Positions 1-13,061 of a stretch of 64,000 bases of DNA are shown piece by piece (position 1 is the stretch's first letter; every line of letters starts with the position of its first letter). The translations under genes were made by a program, and so were the position numbers. This DNA is from Entomortierella parvispora E1425 (lineage: Eukaryota > Fungi > Mortierellomycota), in contig BQFW01000012.1 in NCBI GenBank assembly GCA_020891255.1, positions 1,922,001-1,986,000 of the forward strand, given 5' to 3'. The notes under the pieces are model-generated. The model was not told where the DNA came from. It searched no databases and was given only the letters and a program-made list of their open reading frames with translations.

Positions 1-947
1 TATTCCTTTGGACAATGGATCGATTTTGTATTTTATTTTTTTGGAACCCAGCCTGCTTGTTCCGCCGTTTACCACCATCTCCCCTGCGATTATCATTATT
101 CTCTACACTTGTTCAGCCGTCAGCAGACAATTGGTTTTCTCTCCATCACTTTTTCACTCACTCCACTCACCGGCCATTCCCACCAGACCCTACCGGCATG
201 CCGTTATTAATCTATGTACAGTGCATACATGTAGGGAAGAAGTATCATCCAAGTGTCCGCAGTGCAGGGAGAGAGACCTATCAAGCGTTGAAATTGAGAT
301 CGAAAAAAAGAAAAAGAGGCCGAGACAATAGGCAGAAATTAAAAAAATCAAGCTGGGCTCTCAGCACTCCAATTGTCCCGTCCTGCTGCTGTCCAACTCG
401 CTGCTGGACCACACCTTTCCTTTTTTCCGAGTTCATTTCTCCCTTTTTGTTCCCTTCAGCCCCCGTTCTCTTTGTGTCGAGATTACAGTTAATGCCTGGC
501 CTGTCATCCCCCCTTGTGTCGCCGTTCAATCTGTGTGTTTCTGAGCGAGAAATGTTTGCCCGAGTAAACGTTATTTGCCTCTGACTCGCCTCCTGTCTTC
601 TCTGCCCTGCCCCTGCCCCTGTCCCAGGCTGTGTTCCCCTGACCAGGAGGGGAGGGGCAGGGCCCTGGACAATCCGGACTTTTGTGGCATTGACCCGGCA
701 CACGCCCCTGCTCAGCAATTGCTCTTTCATGGCCACCAGTATAAAAACCTAGGGGTCGTCCTCACTTTTTTTTTCCTCCCTCCTTCTTCACTCTATCATC
801 TTTGTCTTCACTTCTCCCCTCCCTCGCGCACACAGCTCCACTCCACCCCCTGGAACTCTTCCTCTCCTTCTTTAACCCTCTTCACTCAACTACACGCGCG
901 CGCACTCACGCTTTCACAGCTTCATCAAAAAAATACATATAACAAAG

Positions 948-1421
948 ATGCACTCCACTTCCTCCTTCCTCTTGGCGCTCTTCGCCGTCTTGGCCCTCTT
1001 CTCCATCACAGCCGAATCAAAAATGTCGATCAAGTTTGGCAAGAGCTTCAGCGGCAAGAACACTTGGTTCGCAGGAAAGGATGCCCAGTCCGTGGCCTGC
1101 TACGGAGATCTCGAAAACAACTCTCATGTGAACGCTGAGGATTCTTGGCACATTGGCGCCGTGAACATGGACTCTTACTCTGGAGGAGAGAAGGCCGCTT
1201 GCTTCGAATGCGCCAAGATCACCTACAAGAAGCGCTCGGTCATCATCCGCATCATTGACGACTGTGCAGGCTGTGACTCGAACCAGATCGATCTTTCCAT
1301 GGATGCCTTCACCTCCTTGGCCCCCGCCTCTGTGGGTGAGATCAACACCAGCATCCAATGGGTCAAGTGCCCCACCAAGGGCATCAAGTGGCCCAGTACC
1401 CCCAAGGTCAAGAGCTCGTAA
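948..1421 (+). CDS. Secreted RlpA-like double-psi beta-barrel (expansin-like) protein
   Basis: 157-aa single-exon ORF with a hydrophobic signal peptide; ACYG, GAVNM, CFECAKI and IIDDCAGC..IDLS..AF..LA motifs typical of DPBB/RlpA/expansin-N domains. Confidence 0.85.
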   Translation: MHSTSSFLLALFAVLALFSITAESKMSIKFGKSFSGKNTWFAGKDAQSVACYGDLENNSHVNAEDSWHIGAVNMDSYSGGEKAACFECAKITYKKRSVIIRIIDDCAGCDSNQIDLSMDAFTSLAPASVGEINTSIQWVKCPTKGIKWPSTPKVKSS

Positions 1422-2121
1422 AGGAAGAGCAAACAGCCTTTTTTTTCCGACGCGACCTCTTTGGGGGCCGCACAGTTGAACCCGGCCCACAGAAACGAAT
1501 CTACACTACAAAAAAGAACGAGTTGAAAGGTCTTTCCCTTTCTTTTCCTTCAGAGTCATGAGCAAAAAAATGTCTGCCGAAAACAAAAAGAGGAATGATT
1601 CTGGTAATCGTCCCTCATATACTTGTACCTATCCTCTGTATCTAATTTGTATCTACAACCACCTACCACCATGCATCTCCATAATAAAAAAAAAAATACA
1701 AAAACATGCCTTCCAATACTCGTGCTACCATCGATTTGCTTTGCTTTTTCAAAGTGAGCTCTTTTGTGTATCCTTCCTGTGATAATATTTGAAGATAGAA
1801 AAAAAAAACTGCATGCGCACAGGGCACCGCCCAATTTCATCGAATCGGGAAGTGGTTTTGTCCAGCTGGATCCCATCTCGATCAATTTAATTTTTTATTA
1901 AGATTTTTTTTCCCCAATTCAAGCCAGGAATGAAGAACCTATGGGATGCAATGAATAATATCCAATGTGATGAGGGCGTTTATTAACATTGTAATGAGGC
2001 GTGCAAGAGTGAAAGCATGAAAACGAAGCATTGAAGACTATGATACAAGCAGGAAACGCGTGAAAGGGAGAAAGAGAAGGTAAACAGGGAAGGGGACAAG
2101 AGTGACAATGTGACAACTCGC

Positions 2122-5100
2122 TTAAATGGGGATAGTCGAACCAATGTTCTTGGGCATGTGCTGCGGGAATGCAAGAGGTCCCACAATCAACATCACAAAG
2201 ACCGCCATCAGCAGAACAAACAAGAAACCGTAGCCCCAGGCGATCTGTCTGCGTTGAGATTGCAATTTCGTGGAAAAGATTGGTGCCCGGATCTGCTTGC
2301 TTGGGCGCAACCAAAACAACATGGTCGAGTGCCATCGGTCGATCCAGGGGATCAGACAAATTGGGAAGAGGATAAAAAGAATGACATGACCCAAGATGAA
2401 ATCACAGGCAAACATTGACATCTCGATAATCTTGCACACGTATTCACGCAAAGGCTGTGTAACAGCATGCATGCCCAAGCCGCGTCCATGCCATTTGCCT
2501 GTCCACCAGGCTCTATTCGTCTCGTCGTGTTTGAACTCGCGGGTCAGGAAGACAGTGATCAACACCTTGAACACAAATCGCTGGACAGAGATGGCTGCAA
2601 TGATGCCCAAGACTGCATGGCTCGAGTTCCAGGACTCGAGTGCCCACAAGGCCTCGAAAAAGCCCAGGAGAGTGAGTACAGAGATCGCATGAGCCACAGC
2701 CGCCATAACCGATCCGAATTTGACGCAGCACATGTTCAAGCAGGAGCCGAGGAGCATCGACATGGCAAAGAGCACCGCCAGAACCGCGGCATTGACGACC
2801 ACAGGGCCCAGGGCAAAGACGGCCACTCGAAGCAACCCACTTGTATAAACTGCTGAGCCATCACTGCCTGCAACAGCAAACGACCTCACAAACATGTAAC
2901 AGACAACGCAGACCACGAGCTGCACCAGCGGAAAAACGATCTCGGAGACCAAAATGACCCAGAAGTTGGCCTTTGGAATGTCGCCTCCCAGCTTCTCAGA
3001 AGGATGTCCGAGACGCTTGCGCTTGTAGCCAGTGATTCGGGTTCGGAGAGTACGACAGTACGAGATCCAGGACGACACGTGGGTTCTAGAGTTTCCACGG
3101 GAAAGCCAACGCAAGAACTGGCGATAGTCGAGGAAGAACTCTGTCAACGCAAACTGATGGGGGTTGAAGATGAACGGAGAGATCACCAAGGCCATGACTG
3201 TGACCCAGAAGTAGATCAGATGAGGCACCCACATCGTCAATGAGGCAAAGATGAGCATGATCAACGTTCGCATGCCCAGATACAATGAAGGTCCCGCAAA
3301 TCTTGAGTACAACAGAGCAAACGGTGTTCTCGTCGTAGCAAAACCACGGCCAGTGGCAATATATCGTGCGCCTCCAAACGACAGGTTGGTGAGGATCGAG
3401 TTTGTGTAAATCTGGGTCACAAACACCTCAAAGAACGGCGACAGCGACATGAAGTGCTTCCCGAGACGAATCAGACTGCGGATAAAGCCACGCTCCATAA
3501 ACTCCTGGAGGAACAGAGGCAGGAAAGCGATGAAAAAGACGATGAAGATGGAGAGGACGCATCGCTTGATCCAGTCGTAGACTGGCACCAAGTTGACACA
3601 TCCTGCTTGAGCAACGTCGGCGCAAACCTCAACCGAAGACGACATCGATCCGATGAAAAGCATCGAAAACATGAAGAGCTGGACGGACAGCATGATGAAG
3701 ATGTTGTTGATGTGGAATCCAGGATGGGCATAATAGAATGTGAGGAACCGGTCCAGCGGCAATTGTGTTCCAAGGTAATAGTACTCGCGCGACAACATCT
3801 GTTCACCCATTCCTGTTCCAATCTTGGTGTTGAAGTTGAGGATAGAGCCAAAGCCGAGATCACGACCCTTGCCGCACTGGTAATACTCTGTATGCTTGAT
3901 TCTTCCGCCTCGGTTGAATGCAGTCATACCAGCATAGATATCCTCGTTCAAGTGCAGACCCTTTTGAGCCTTACTGACACCTAAATATTGGTGATAGACA
4001 AGTTGTTAGATTAGATCTCTGTCTCTGTCCACCCTATGACAACGGCCAAAGACCGATAAAAAAAACTCTTACCTCCTCGAGTCGTCATGTAGATGAAGTT
4101 GAGGAAATCGGGATGGCCATAATGAAGCTTGCCGCCAATCTTGGCCATCATACGCTGCGTTAGAGTACCGAATGTCTGCTCCTTTCCAGCAGCAACATCT
4201 CCCAAGACTCCAATGTTTTCTGAAAAGATGTACTCTCGTGCTCCCACAATGGCCACTGGCTCTGGTATATCCTTCGAAGAGATCTTGTTTGAATAGGGCG
4301 AGATAGGAGCCATGTGCATCTGCTCGAATTCTCCCAGAACATTCCTGATCTTGAGGGCTTCCTCGAGATAATTGTCTTGATTGGCATCGATTAGCTGAAT
4401 GTACTCGCCGCGGGTAAAGATAATGGCGTGGTTCTGGTTGTCAGACTTGCCATCTCCAAGAATTGGATTTCCGGGAAGACGAATGCGGTACCGAGGACGA
4501 CGCTTGCCATCGGGCATGAACTCGCATCGACCATCAATGAGAACTGAGAATACCACGGGTTCACCTCCTTCGACCTCTGGGGGACGCTCATCCAAGTAGG
4601 CAATCTGCAAGTTTGGATAGGCGCGGAGCATGAACTCTGCATTCTCGGCCTCGTCCTTGTTGAACTTGGTGTAGCGCTGCATCGAGACCACAAACTTGAA
4701 TTTTTGCTGAGAGAGTCGATCCAGCTCCCGCTCCAGCCGATCGCCATTACCTCCAAATTGCTGAACAACCTCAGGGTTCTCGATACGATAGAGTAGTTTG
4801 ATCGCTCTAGAGTAATTCATGAATCCGGACACGGTGCGGTACAACGTCTGAGAGCGAAGTGAGGCCCAAATACGGGTTCGGATCGTAAACTCTGGTGCTG
4901 CAGATTTGAATCCGACACTGTAAAAAGGAAGATCGTCGTTGTTGGATGAATCTAGGTCGCGATGAATCTCTTTGTTGCCATCCAGTCCAATCGCGCTGAC
5001 TCCCTCCAGTAATGCGGATTCCTCGGCCAAGATCTTTGTATCTCGCACAAAGTTATCCCACTCGACAGGGTGCAGCTGCTTGAGGTACTCGAGCAAGGTA

Positions 5101-8100
5101 ACCCTTGTGTTTTGATCTTCTTCCCTCAAGACCTCCTTGAGAGTGAGCAGTGTCTTTTCCGAGTAATGTGGAACCAACACTGTAAATGTTGGCATTTGAT
5201 CCACTGGTACTGGCTCTGGAATAGGCGTTGACAGGGACTGGGCAAAGAAGGTGATACGACGCTCGGCTTCAGATAGTTTGGTGAAAAATTCTGCCTTGAC
5301 AGAAGAGTCCTCTTGCGCTACAAAGAATGTGGGTGCCTTGAGGGTCTTCTTGTTGTCGTGGTCGGATGACACTTGTTGATAGAGAAGGCGCTGGACGTGT
5401 TCGATTGAAAGCAAGTGTTCGCGATACATTGAGATCACGATGGCGTTCCAGATCTGGGAGCAGAGTACTTTGGGCTTGTACTTGATGTCCATATCTGCAG
5501 TTGCCAGCAACTTGGCATAGATACGCTTGGGAAGTCGCGCAAAGACATTTCTCCATGGAGTCCAGACAGAGACGCCCAATCTGAACGACTGAACCACCGA
5601 AAAGACTGTATTCCAGATAACATACCACAGATACGTATCAAGGAAAAACAAGACCAGATCCGTAACAAACATGATCACGACGGTGAACACTGGCATCAAA
5701 GAACAAAGAGTCTCGCCTAGGAACTTGTCCTTGCAGTTGGGGATTCTCTGGGAGTACAAGGCCTTGAGAGGATCCTGGAAGGAGCGGGCCAGGAAAAAGT
5801 ACGACTCAACCAGCTTGCATCCAAAGACCAAAGTCCAAAGGAAGAAGGACAAGGCGCGATTGGAGCCTTTGAGCTTTGGAAATGAGGCCGTGAAGGTTTG
5901 CGAGGCCAAGTTCTTGCGTGAGGTTTTCGAGGAAGAGCCGAAAAGTTGATTCGAAGGAAAGATGGCAAAGACAGCAGTCGTCACCAAAGAAACCGCAAAG
6001 TGGACCATGCCAACAATCTTGGAGGTCTGGCCAGTGCGATTGTAGGCACAGACGTAGACTGCCGGGCCAGTGTTCAGGACAAGAACGATGATGAGAATGA
6101 CCAGGCGCCGAATGAGCATGGACGCATTGGACCAGGTCAAGGGAATGAACATGAACTCACAAAACACACCCAGGAGCATGATCAGCGTGGCAATCGCACC
6201 TCCCAGTCCAACGATCGAAAATTGTACGCCAGCCTCATCGACACCGTCATTCAAGTAGAGGAAAGGCGCGTTGTAGGCGGTAAAGTACCAGTACATGACT
6301 ACGTGGATGATCCAGACTCGAGTAAAGTTGACGGCGAGATGGAGCCAAGTGCGCTTCTCAATATATGTTTTGCGGAATGACGCCTCCCAATTGACATGGC
6401 CAAGTGCAATCCAACGCTTGGCAATATGGACATCGACAAGTCTTTTCCTGTCTCCTAGTTGGATTCTTTCGATTCCTTCAGGACTCCAGAAGGCCTGGTT
6501 AATGTCGTCGTAGCCAATCACGGCATTGTGATCTCGCTCTCGCTTGACATATCTGCCACCTTGAACCTCGTATCCTTGGTCACGGATGAATCGATAGAGT
6601 GGGGAGATGATAGTGCGAAGATAGTGGAACTCGGGGACTGGGTTCACCATTTGTTGGCATTCTTGAGAGAGGTAGTAGTCCTCAGCACACTTGAAGAGAA
6701 AGCACAGGCACTCGGGCAGGAAGCGAATCTGCGACGCCTCGCCCCAAATCAATAGGTAGAGAGCCACTTGTCGAGCGCGATCAAAATGGGACATCTTGTT
6801 CATCCTGGCCTTCCAGTGTTGCTCCGCCATGGCCAATGAGTCGTGGGTCTCCACATGTTCAGCTCCTGGTTGTGGGACCATCGAGTTTCTGTTGACCTTT
6901 TTGTTCTTGCCTGGTGCAGAGTGATAACCCATGTGGTCGTCTAAGTCCAACTGTGCAGCAAAGTACCATTTGCGATAGTTTGCATTCTCTCCTCCGATAT
7001 AGTCGGCGTGGATGGTTGTCAGAGCATGGACAGGGATCATTCTTGAAGCCCTCGAGTCCAACATGGTCAAGAACGCGTCATACTGGTTCCGCATGTTGTC
7101 GCGTTGGAAGCCAAACTTCCTTGTCAGATCCAGCATGATGCCCTCAATCTCCTCGCGCGTCAATGGGATACCCTTTTCGATAGTCCAAGAGGGATATGGG
7201 ATTGGAGGGGGAAGAGACTGTTGTGGTGGTTTTTGGTGTGTAGTTGATGCAGGCAGGGGGTCATAGCGGTAGTCCTGTCCAGGATGCGTACCTCTCTTGT
7301 GTTCGAGCAAGGACAAAAGAGCCTCGGATGAAGGCGAGAAGCCCTTGTATCGCCCGTCATCGGGACCACGGAAAGGACCGAACAGATCCATGTCAGCTCC
7401 TGTCAGGTTGTGCAGGTTGTCATCAGTAAAGGTTTCAGAGTCGGACTCTGAGAGACCTTGGATGCGACGCTTTCCCATGGCGGCTCTAGACGCAAACGGC
7501 TTCTGGTCTAATCCGAGATACAAGAGAGGGGCCCGAAGAGAAGAAAGACACGAGGGTTAGATACAATTTCCATCGTTCCATCGTTCCATTGTTCCATCGT
7601 TCCATCGTTCCATCGTTCCCGTTCCATCGTTCCATCGTTCCATCGTTCCCGTTCCATCGTTTCAAGGCACCGTCTTTCACGAGATGAAAACTTGACAGAC
7701 CACAATACAATACAACAATTTCCCACTGTCACACAGAGCAGCACATTCAGACGTGTGCGACAACCAATGAAAGAGCGGTGGAACACTCTGCTCTCTGGGC
7801 GACAATACATGTATAGCTTCCTGAAATACCAGGCAAGGAGTGCTCTCGATCCGGGGATCGCTGTGGTTCCAAAAGACGCTCATTCAATCAATCTAATCGG
7901 TCTGTCTGGAGTGGAGCTGTTCTCGTTCCGAGACACTGCATTATTCTCGCTCCGTGCCCCTGTGTCGGGCTGTCTGTCTGCCTGTCTGCCTGTCTGTCTG
8001 TCTGTGCTCTATGCCTTTTTCTCCTTCTTATTTCTCTCTCTCTCTCTCTCCCCCCTCTCTCTCTCTCTAGTTCGTTGCATCTCTTACCTTCACTCAGTCC

Positions 8101-8565
8101 CGAATCTTGATTTTGGAAGAGCGAGTTTTGGGAAGAGGTCGAGAAGAGCGTATCACGATGGTTAGGCTGACTCAACTCATCCTCAGAGTCAAGACCGTGC
8201 AGGGCAGGATCAAAGTGGTGGTTGCTGAACTGGTTGGCCGACCTCATGTTCATATTGCTGTTATTGGACTGATAAAAGGCGGGAACTGGAGGTGCTGGTT
8301 GTTGCAAGTCCCTGAGGGGAAAAGAATCTGCTGGGTGTGAATGCGTCTCCCCGCCTGGTCCCTGTCGAAAGGCACGAGGATGAGATGGAGGAGGAGGGCC
8401 GGCAGAAGGACGTCTTCCTTGGTCGTGAAGTGATGGTTGCAGAGGATGCGGCTGCTGCTGCTGCATGTTCATGTGAGGCGCACCATTCCGCAATGGAGGG
8501 GGACCTGGTCTCTGTACGCCGGGTCCCGTCTGTGGTGGAGGCGGTGTCCTCCTAGATGGATCCAT
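2122..8565 (-). CDS. FKS1: 1,3-beta-glucan synthase (GT48); exons 8565-8088, 7507-4073, 3980-2122 (1923 aa)
   Basis: ORFs 4011-7523 and 2122-3951 carry FKS motifs (LPGNPILGDGKSDNQNHA, IQLIDANQDNYLEE). GT-AG splicing joins [20 protein letters not shown] across intron 2. Total spliced length is 5772 nt, in frame. Confidence 0.97.
7568..7660. repeat. Octamer minisatellite (TTCCATCG)n with TTCCCG variants, in FKS1 intron 1
   Basis: About 12 tandem units read directly from the sequence. Confidence 0.9.
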
Positions 8566-9180
8566 GATGGCGTCTGTTCAAAAAAAAGTCCTGAAAAAGA
8601 AGGCAAAGGGAGAGAGGAGTGAGTGCGCATGCAAGAAGGGACAGTCAACGGTCGATGACGATGAACGATAGACAAAAAAGGGGGAGAAGAGAGAGAGTCG
8701 ATCATCACTTTGAATCCAGTGACGGAGGAGCGTGATGAGGAAAAGAAGTCTATATTTTTTTCTTTTCTTTACCCTTGAAAGATCCTGTTGCAATGATGGG
8801 GATAGAGGAGATAAAGGAGGGGAAGGGTGGAGCTGAACTCTGCGTCTTTGTACGAGTGCGCGTGTTTGTGTGTGCTTTGTCTGCTGGAAGTGCTGTAGAT
8901 AGACAAAGTGAATGAGAAGGATGGGTATAAATGGTTCTTGTGCTGAAGGAACGGGGCGTGAACGAGCAGGAGAGAACGGGGTGGGCGAGAAAGTGAATGA
9001 ATGAGTGAGTGAAAAGAGAGCGACGGGAGGTGGACGCGGTGCAAAGAAGGAGACGGTGAAGGCGACAAAAGAAAGAGGAAGGGAAGAGAGAAAAAGAAGC
9101 GAAACAACAGAAAAAACACTGTGGAAGGCAGGGGAAGTGAAAAAATAAAGAAATAAAGAGAACGACAAGAGGGCGATCAG

Positions 9181-9315
9181 GAACAGGAACAGGAACAGGA
9201 ACAGGAACAGGAACAGGAACAGGAACAGGAACAGACCAGGGATAGCGTACAGACGAACGAACGAACGAACGAACAAACGAACAAACCAACAAACGACCAG
9301 ACAGACAGACAGACA
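9181..9315. repeat. Microsatellite cluster: (GAACAG)9, (GAAC)n, (CAGA)n
   Basis: Perfect (GAACAG)9 at 9181-9234, followed by tetranucleotide runs, upstream of FKS1. Confidence 0.9.
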
Positions 9316-11238
9316 GACGGGGCGGGCAGTGGAGTTGGAAAACAGAAATAATAACGCTTTCTGCGATCGTGCTCCTTCGCTCCTTCTCTGCAGCTGGGCA
9401 AAAAATAACGTTGCGAGGTTGTTCTTCATTGCCTCTCTGTCCGCCTTGTCCTCTCCCTCCCTTTGTGTCTGTTTCTCACTCTCTCTGTTCTCTCTGCCTC
9501 TCTGTCTCCTTCTCTCCACTCGGTGGCCCCACCCTCCCATGTGCCCTCTAGCTATCGCAGCCATCGCTCCACGCGCCTGTTTGCATGACAGACAACTGTT
9601 TTGGGACCGCGTTGTGCTCGAGTTATTTTCTCCCGGTAAAAATAATTCGCCACTTTCTCGCTCGCCCCTGGTGAATGGAGGATGTTGCTATTCTTGCTCA
9701 TACCACTCGTCTTCTCAAACCAGTGGGGCTTCACTTTCTATCATCCTGCTTTTCTCAAAGTTAATCATCCGTCGTTTTTTTTTTTTTTTTTTTTTTACGC
9801 TTGTCAGAAAAGAGGACTTTGACAGCTCTTGCCCTTGTACCCTCAAAAGTATTGCCCGTCGTCCAGGAGGACAGGGCGTAGAGAGTATGCCATCCTTTCC
9901 CTGATTGAAAGGCTGTGGTGGAGCAAGTGCTCATCAACAAAGTTCAGTCAGGATGCAGCGGCCTGTGATAATTGAAAGATAAAATTCCTTGTCCCCAGCA
10001 GCAGGTCTGCTGTCGTCTGAGATTGAGCACATCGCTCTGTGTCCTTTGTCCTTGCTGGGACCCCCGAAAATGGGGCGAACTGTCCGTCAAAATTATTAAA
10101 TCAAAAGGAACCTCTCGACGCCAATGTGAACCGGGGATGACCATGTCTAGAATAACAGATAATGTCCTTTGGCCATTATTGTTTCCAAAGCAAAGAGTCG
10201 GACAGAGTTCCAAGTTGTGTTGCCCACCCTGCATTCGACGCTCGGTGGATAGAGCTCTTAGGTTCCCTATCTCGCAAGATCAGGGGTACTGAATGTGATT
10301 TCAAGCGACAGGTTTGCTTGCCGGGGAGAAGGAGGCACAGAAACCGAGAATTGGAAACGACCTTTATTTTTGCCCTTTGAGTTTCATGCCCCGACGAACA
10401 ATAAACACAAAAAGAAGGTGCAGAGCAGAGGCGCATCCCACAGTCTCGTGCAGGCCATGTCGTGCGCCCTTTTGACCGTTGCCGACAGGGCGTGCTCAGA
10501 GATGAACACGATATTGGCTGCACTCATCTTTTGCTTGAAATGAACACCGCGTTGCCGCCGCGCTGGCAGCGCTTGCGTCACGTGAGTCGAAAATGAAGGG
10601 TGGGGGCCTTTCGAGTCGAGCAACCCAATGCTGTCCTACTCGTTCTAGTCCTTCCTGTTCCAGAGAAGACATCAGTGAAGGCTCCTGCTCGGCTTGTGAC
10701 AGGATGGCGGCAAACCCTTGCCGCCAGGTACCGCTTAAAATACCGGGCACTTGGTTTGGTCCTGGCTCCGACAATCAGATTCTGATCTAATCTTATCTTT
10801 GTTTGAACCAAACCGGGGAACCTGGCCGCCATTTGGCTGTTCTCGGATGCTATGGCGATGACGAAGACGAATAAGGATGTCAGGGACACCTTCCATCTTT
10901 CGTTACCTCTTGATCCACACTGGCCTCTGACTCTGAACGCCAGACCTTGATGTATGTATAAAAGCCCAAGCGTCTCCATGACCTTTAACAACTCTCATCC
11001 TTTCGACCCTACCACAAACAAGTTGACTATCAGGCTTTAACCCTTCAGTGCCTTTGCCGCGTCTTTCTCGGGCTTTCAGCTTCTATCCACTCGTTTCCTG
11101 TTTTCGCGCTCTATTTTTATTGAGGAACAAAAAGAAGCGCTCCACTGATTCAGTTTCCTACTTCAATCATTCTCGCCTTTCCTCCGTCCCTTCTTTGTTT
11201 CTGACCACAATCTTCCCTCGAGCTTTGGAGTGTTTACC

Positions 11239-12847
11239 ATGACCCGACTCCTCGGCGCACCCACCCTTGCTCTCACAGCAGCCCTGTGCCTTAGCTCTGT
11301 CTTTGCGCTCAATCCGATCTCGATCAAAGGCACAAAGTTCTTTGACTCTGTCACAAAGGACCAGTTCTTCATCAAGGGCGTGGCCTACCAACCTCGAACC
11401 CTCTCCACTGACTTCAGCGACCCTTTGGCAAAGCCTGCAGACTGCAAACGCGATTCTGGTCTTATGAAGGATCTAGGACTGAATACAATTCGTGTTTATC
11501 AGGTATGCCCTATTCATGTTCTTAGAATCTAAATTACATATCTCGCATTTAGAGCTCGTCTAACAACGTTGTCGACCTAACCACTAGGTTGACCCGTCTT
11601 TAAACCATGACGAGTGCATGGCGATCCTTCGGCAAGCAGGAATTTACTTGATACTGGATCTGGTTGTACCTAAGCACTCGATTATTCGCACCAACCCCGA
11701 GTACGACACCAATATCTGGAACAACGTCCGGAGCACTATTGACGCCTTCCAGGGCTACGATAACACCTTGGGATTCTTTGTCGGGAATGAGGTTACCAAC
11801 GACAATAAAACAACTGTAGCCAGTGGGTACGTGAAGGCCCTCGTGCGCGACACAAAGACCTACCTCCATTCAGTAAGCTCTCGCAAGATACCAGTGGGCT
11901 ACGCCAACAATGATGATCCCGACGTCAGACTCCAAATACAAAACTACCTCAACTGCGGGCCGGAAGAAGAGCGGATCGACTTTTTCGGTATCAACCTCTA
12001 CGAGTGGTGCGGCTCCAGCACAAACTATCAAACCTCGGGATACGTGGAGAGGACAGCCGACATCGCAACCTACTCAATTCCTGTATTCCTATCTGAGTTT
12101 GGATGTAACTTGATCTCTCCAAGGACGTTCCCAGAAGTAAAGTCCATCTTCGGACCCGATATGACAGACTCTTGGTCTGGAGGCATTGTTTACGAATGGT
12201 CGCAGGAAGATAACAACTACGGCCTGGTCAAGATCAATCCCGACAACACAGTCTCGCCCCTCCCTGACTACACCAATTTGAAAACATCTCTGAAGACCCT
12301 TCACCCTGCAGGCGTCAAAATGGATGCCTTTAACGAACAGAGACCTGCCTCGACTTGCCCTGCTATCACTTCGACCTGGGAACCCAATGCCAACCTGCCT
12401 CCCACCCCATCAACAGCCGCCTGTGATTGCATGATGTCGTCGCTGAACTGTGTAGCCTCTGATCAAGCGGTGGCAACCACCGAGAGTTTGGGCACTTTGC
12501 TGAATACGATCTGCGGCATGACTTCCTGCGATGATATCAGTGCTAACGGTAAATCAGGAGTGTATGGCAAATACTCGTTCTGCTCCCCTGCCCAAAAGCT
12601 CTCTTACATGTATAATTTCTACTACACCAATATTGGCAAGAAGGCCGCATCGACTTGCAACTTCAATGGCATGGCAAAGCTCGCCGTCGCAGCCAAATCA
12701 TCCGATCAGGGATGCTCCTCTATCCGGGATCCCAACACTGGAGCCAAATTTGGGGGCCACAGCACTGGATCGGGATATCAGATTGCACCTGCTGCAGTGT
12801 ATTTGACTACTGCCTTGGTGACCTCCTCAGTGCTCAGTGTTCTATAA
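11239..12847 (+). CDS. GAS1: GH72 beta-1,3-glucanosyltransferase with X8/Cys box and probable GPI signal; intron 11503-11587
   Basis: Signal peptide, [16 protein letters not shown]|[25 protein letters not shown] and [18 protein letters not shown] motifs; Cys-rich X8 domain; hydrophobic C-terminus. Confidence 0.95.
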
Positions 12848-13061
12848 AACTTATCAATAAGTCGCCATGACCATTAACAACAATCCCATATGCCTCGGCT
12901 CGCGCACCGCGAGCAGCAGCGGCAATGATCGCCCTGCTCACTCTTGAACGTGCCTCTCGCGTGTGTCCCGCTCAGAGAAATTTTCTAAGCCACCGGTCAG
13001 TCGTATTTCTTTCTGTCTGTGCCAGAGCAATGGCTCCTTCCTTTCTCAACCCAAAGCAAAA

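Noticed and set aside
2110-7560. Numerous antisense and alternative-frame ORFs over FKS1, and likewise over COG8, SET1 and PHB2
   Set aside because: Shadow ORFs arising from the codon bias of the real genes.
8578-9904. Long ORFs in the FKS1 upstream region
   Set aside because: They are translations of microsatellites and pyrimidine tracts.
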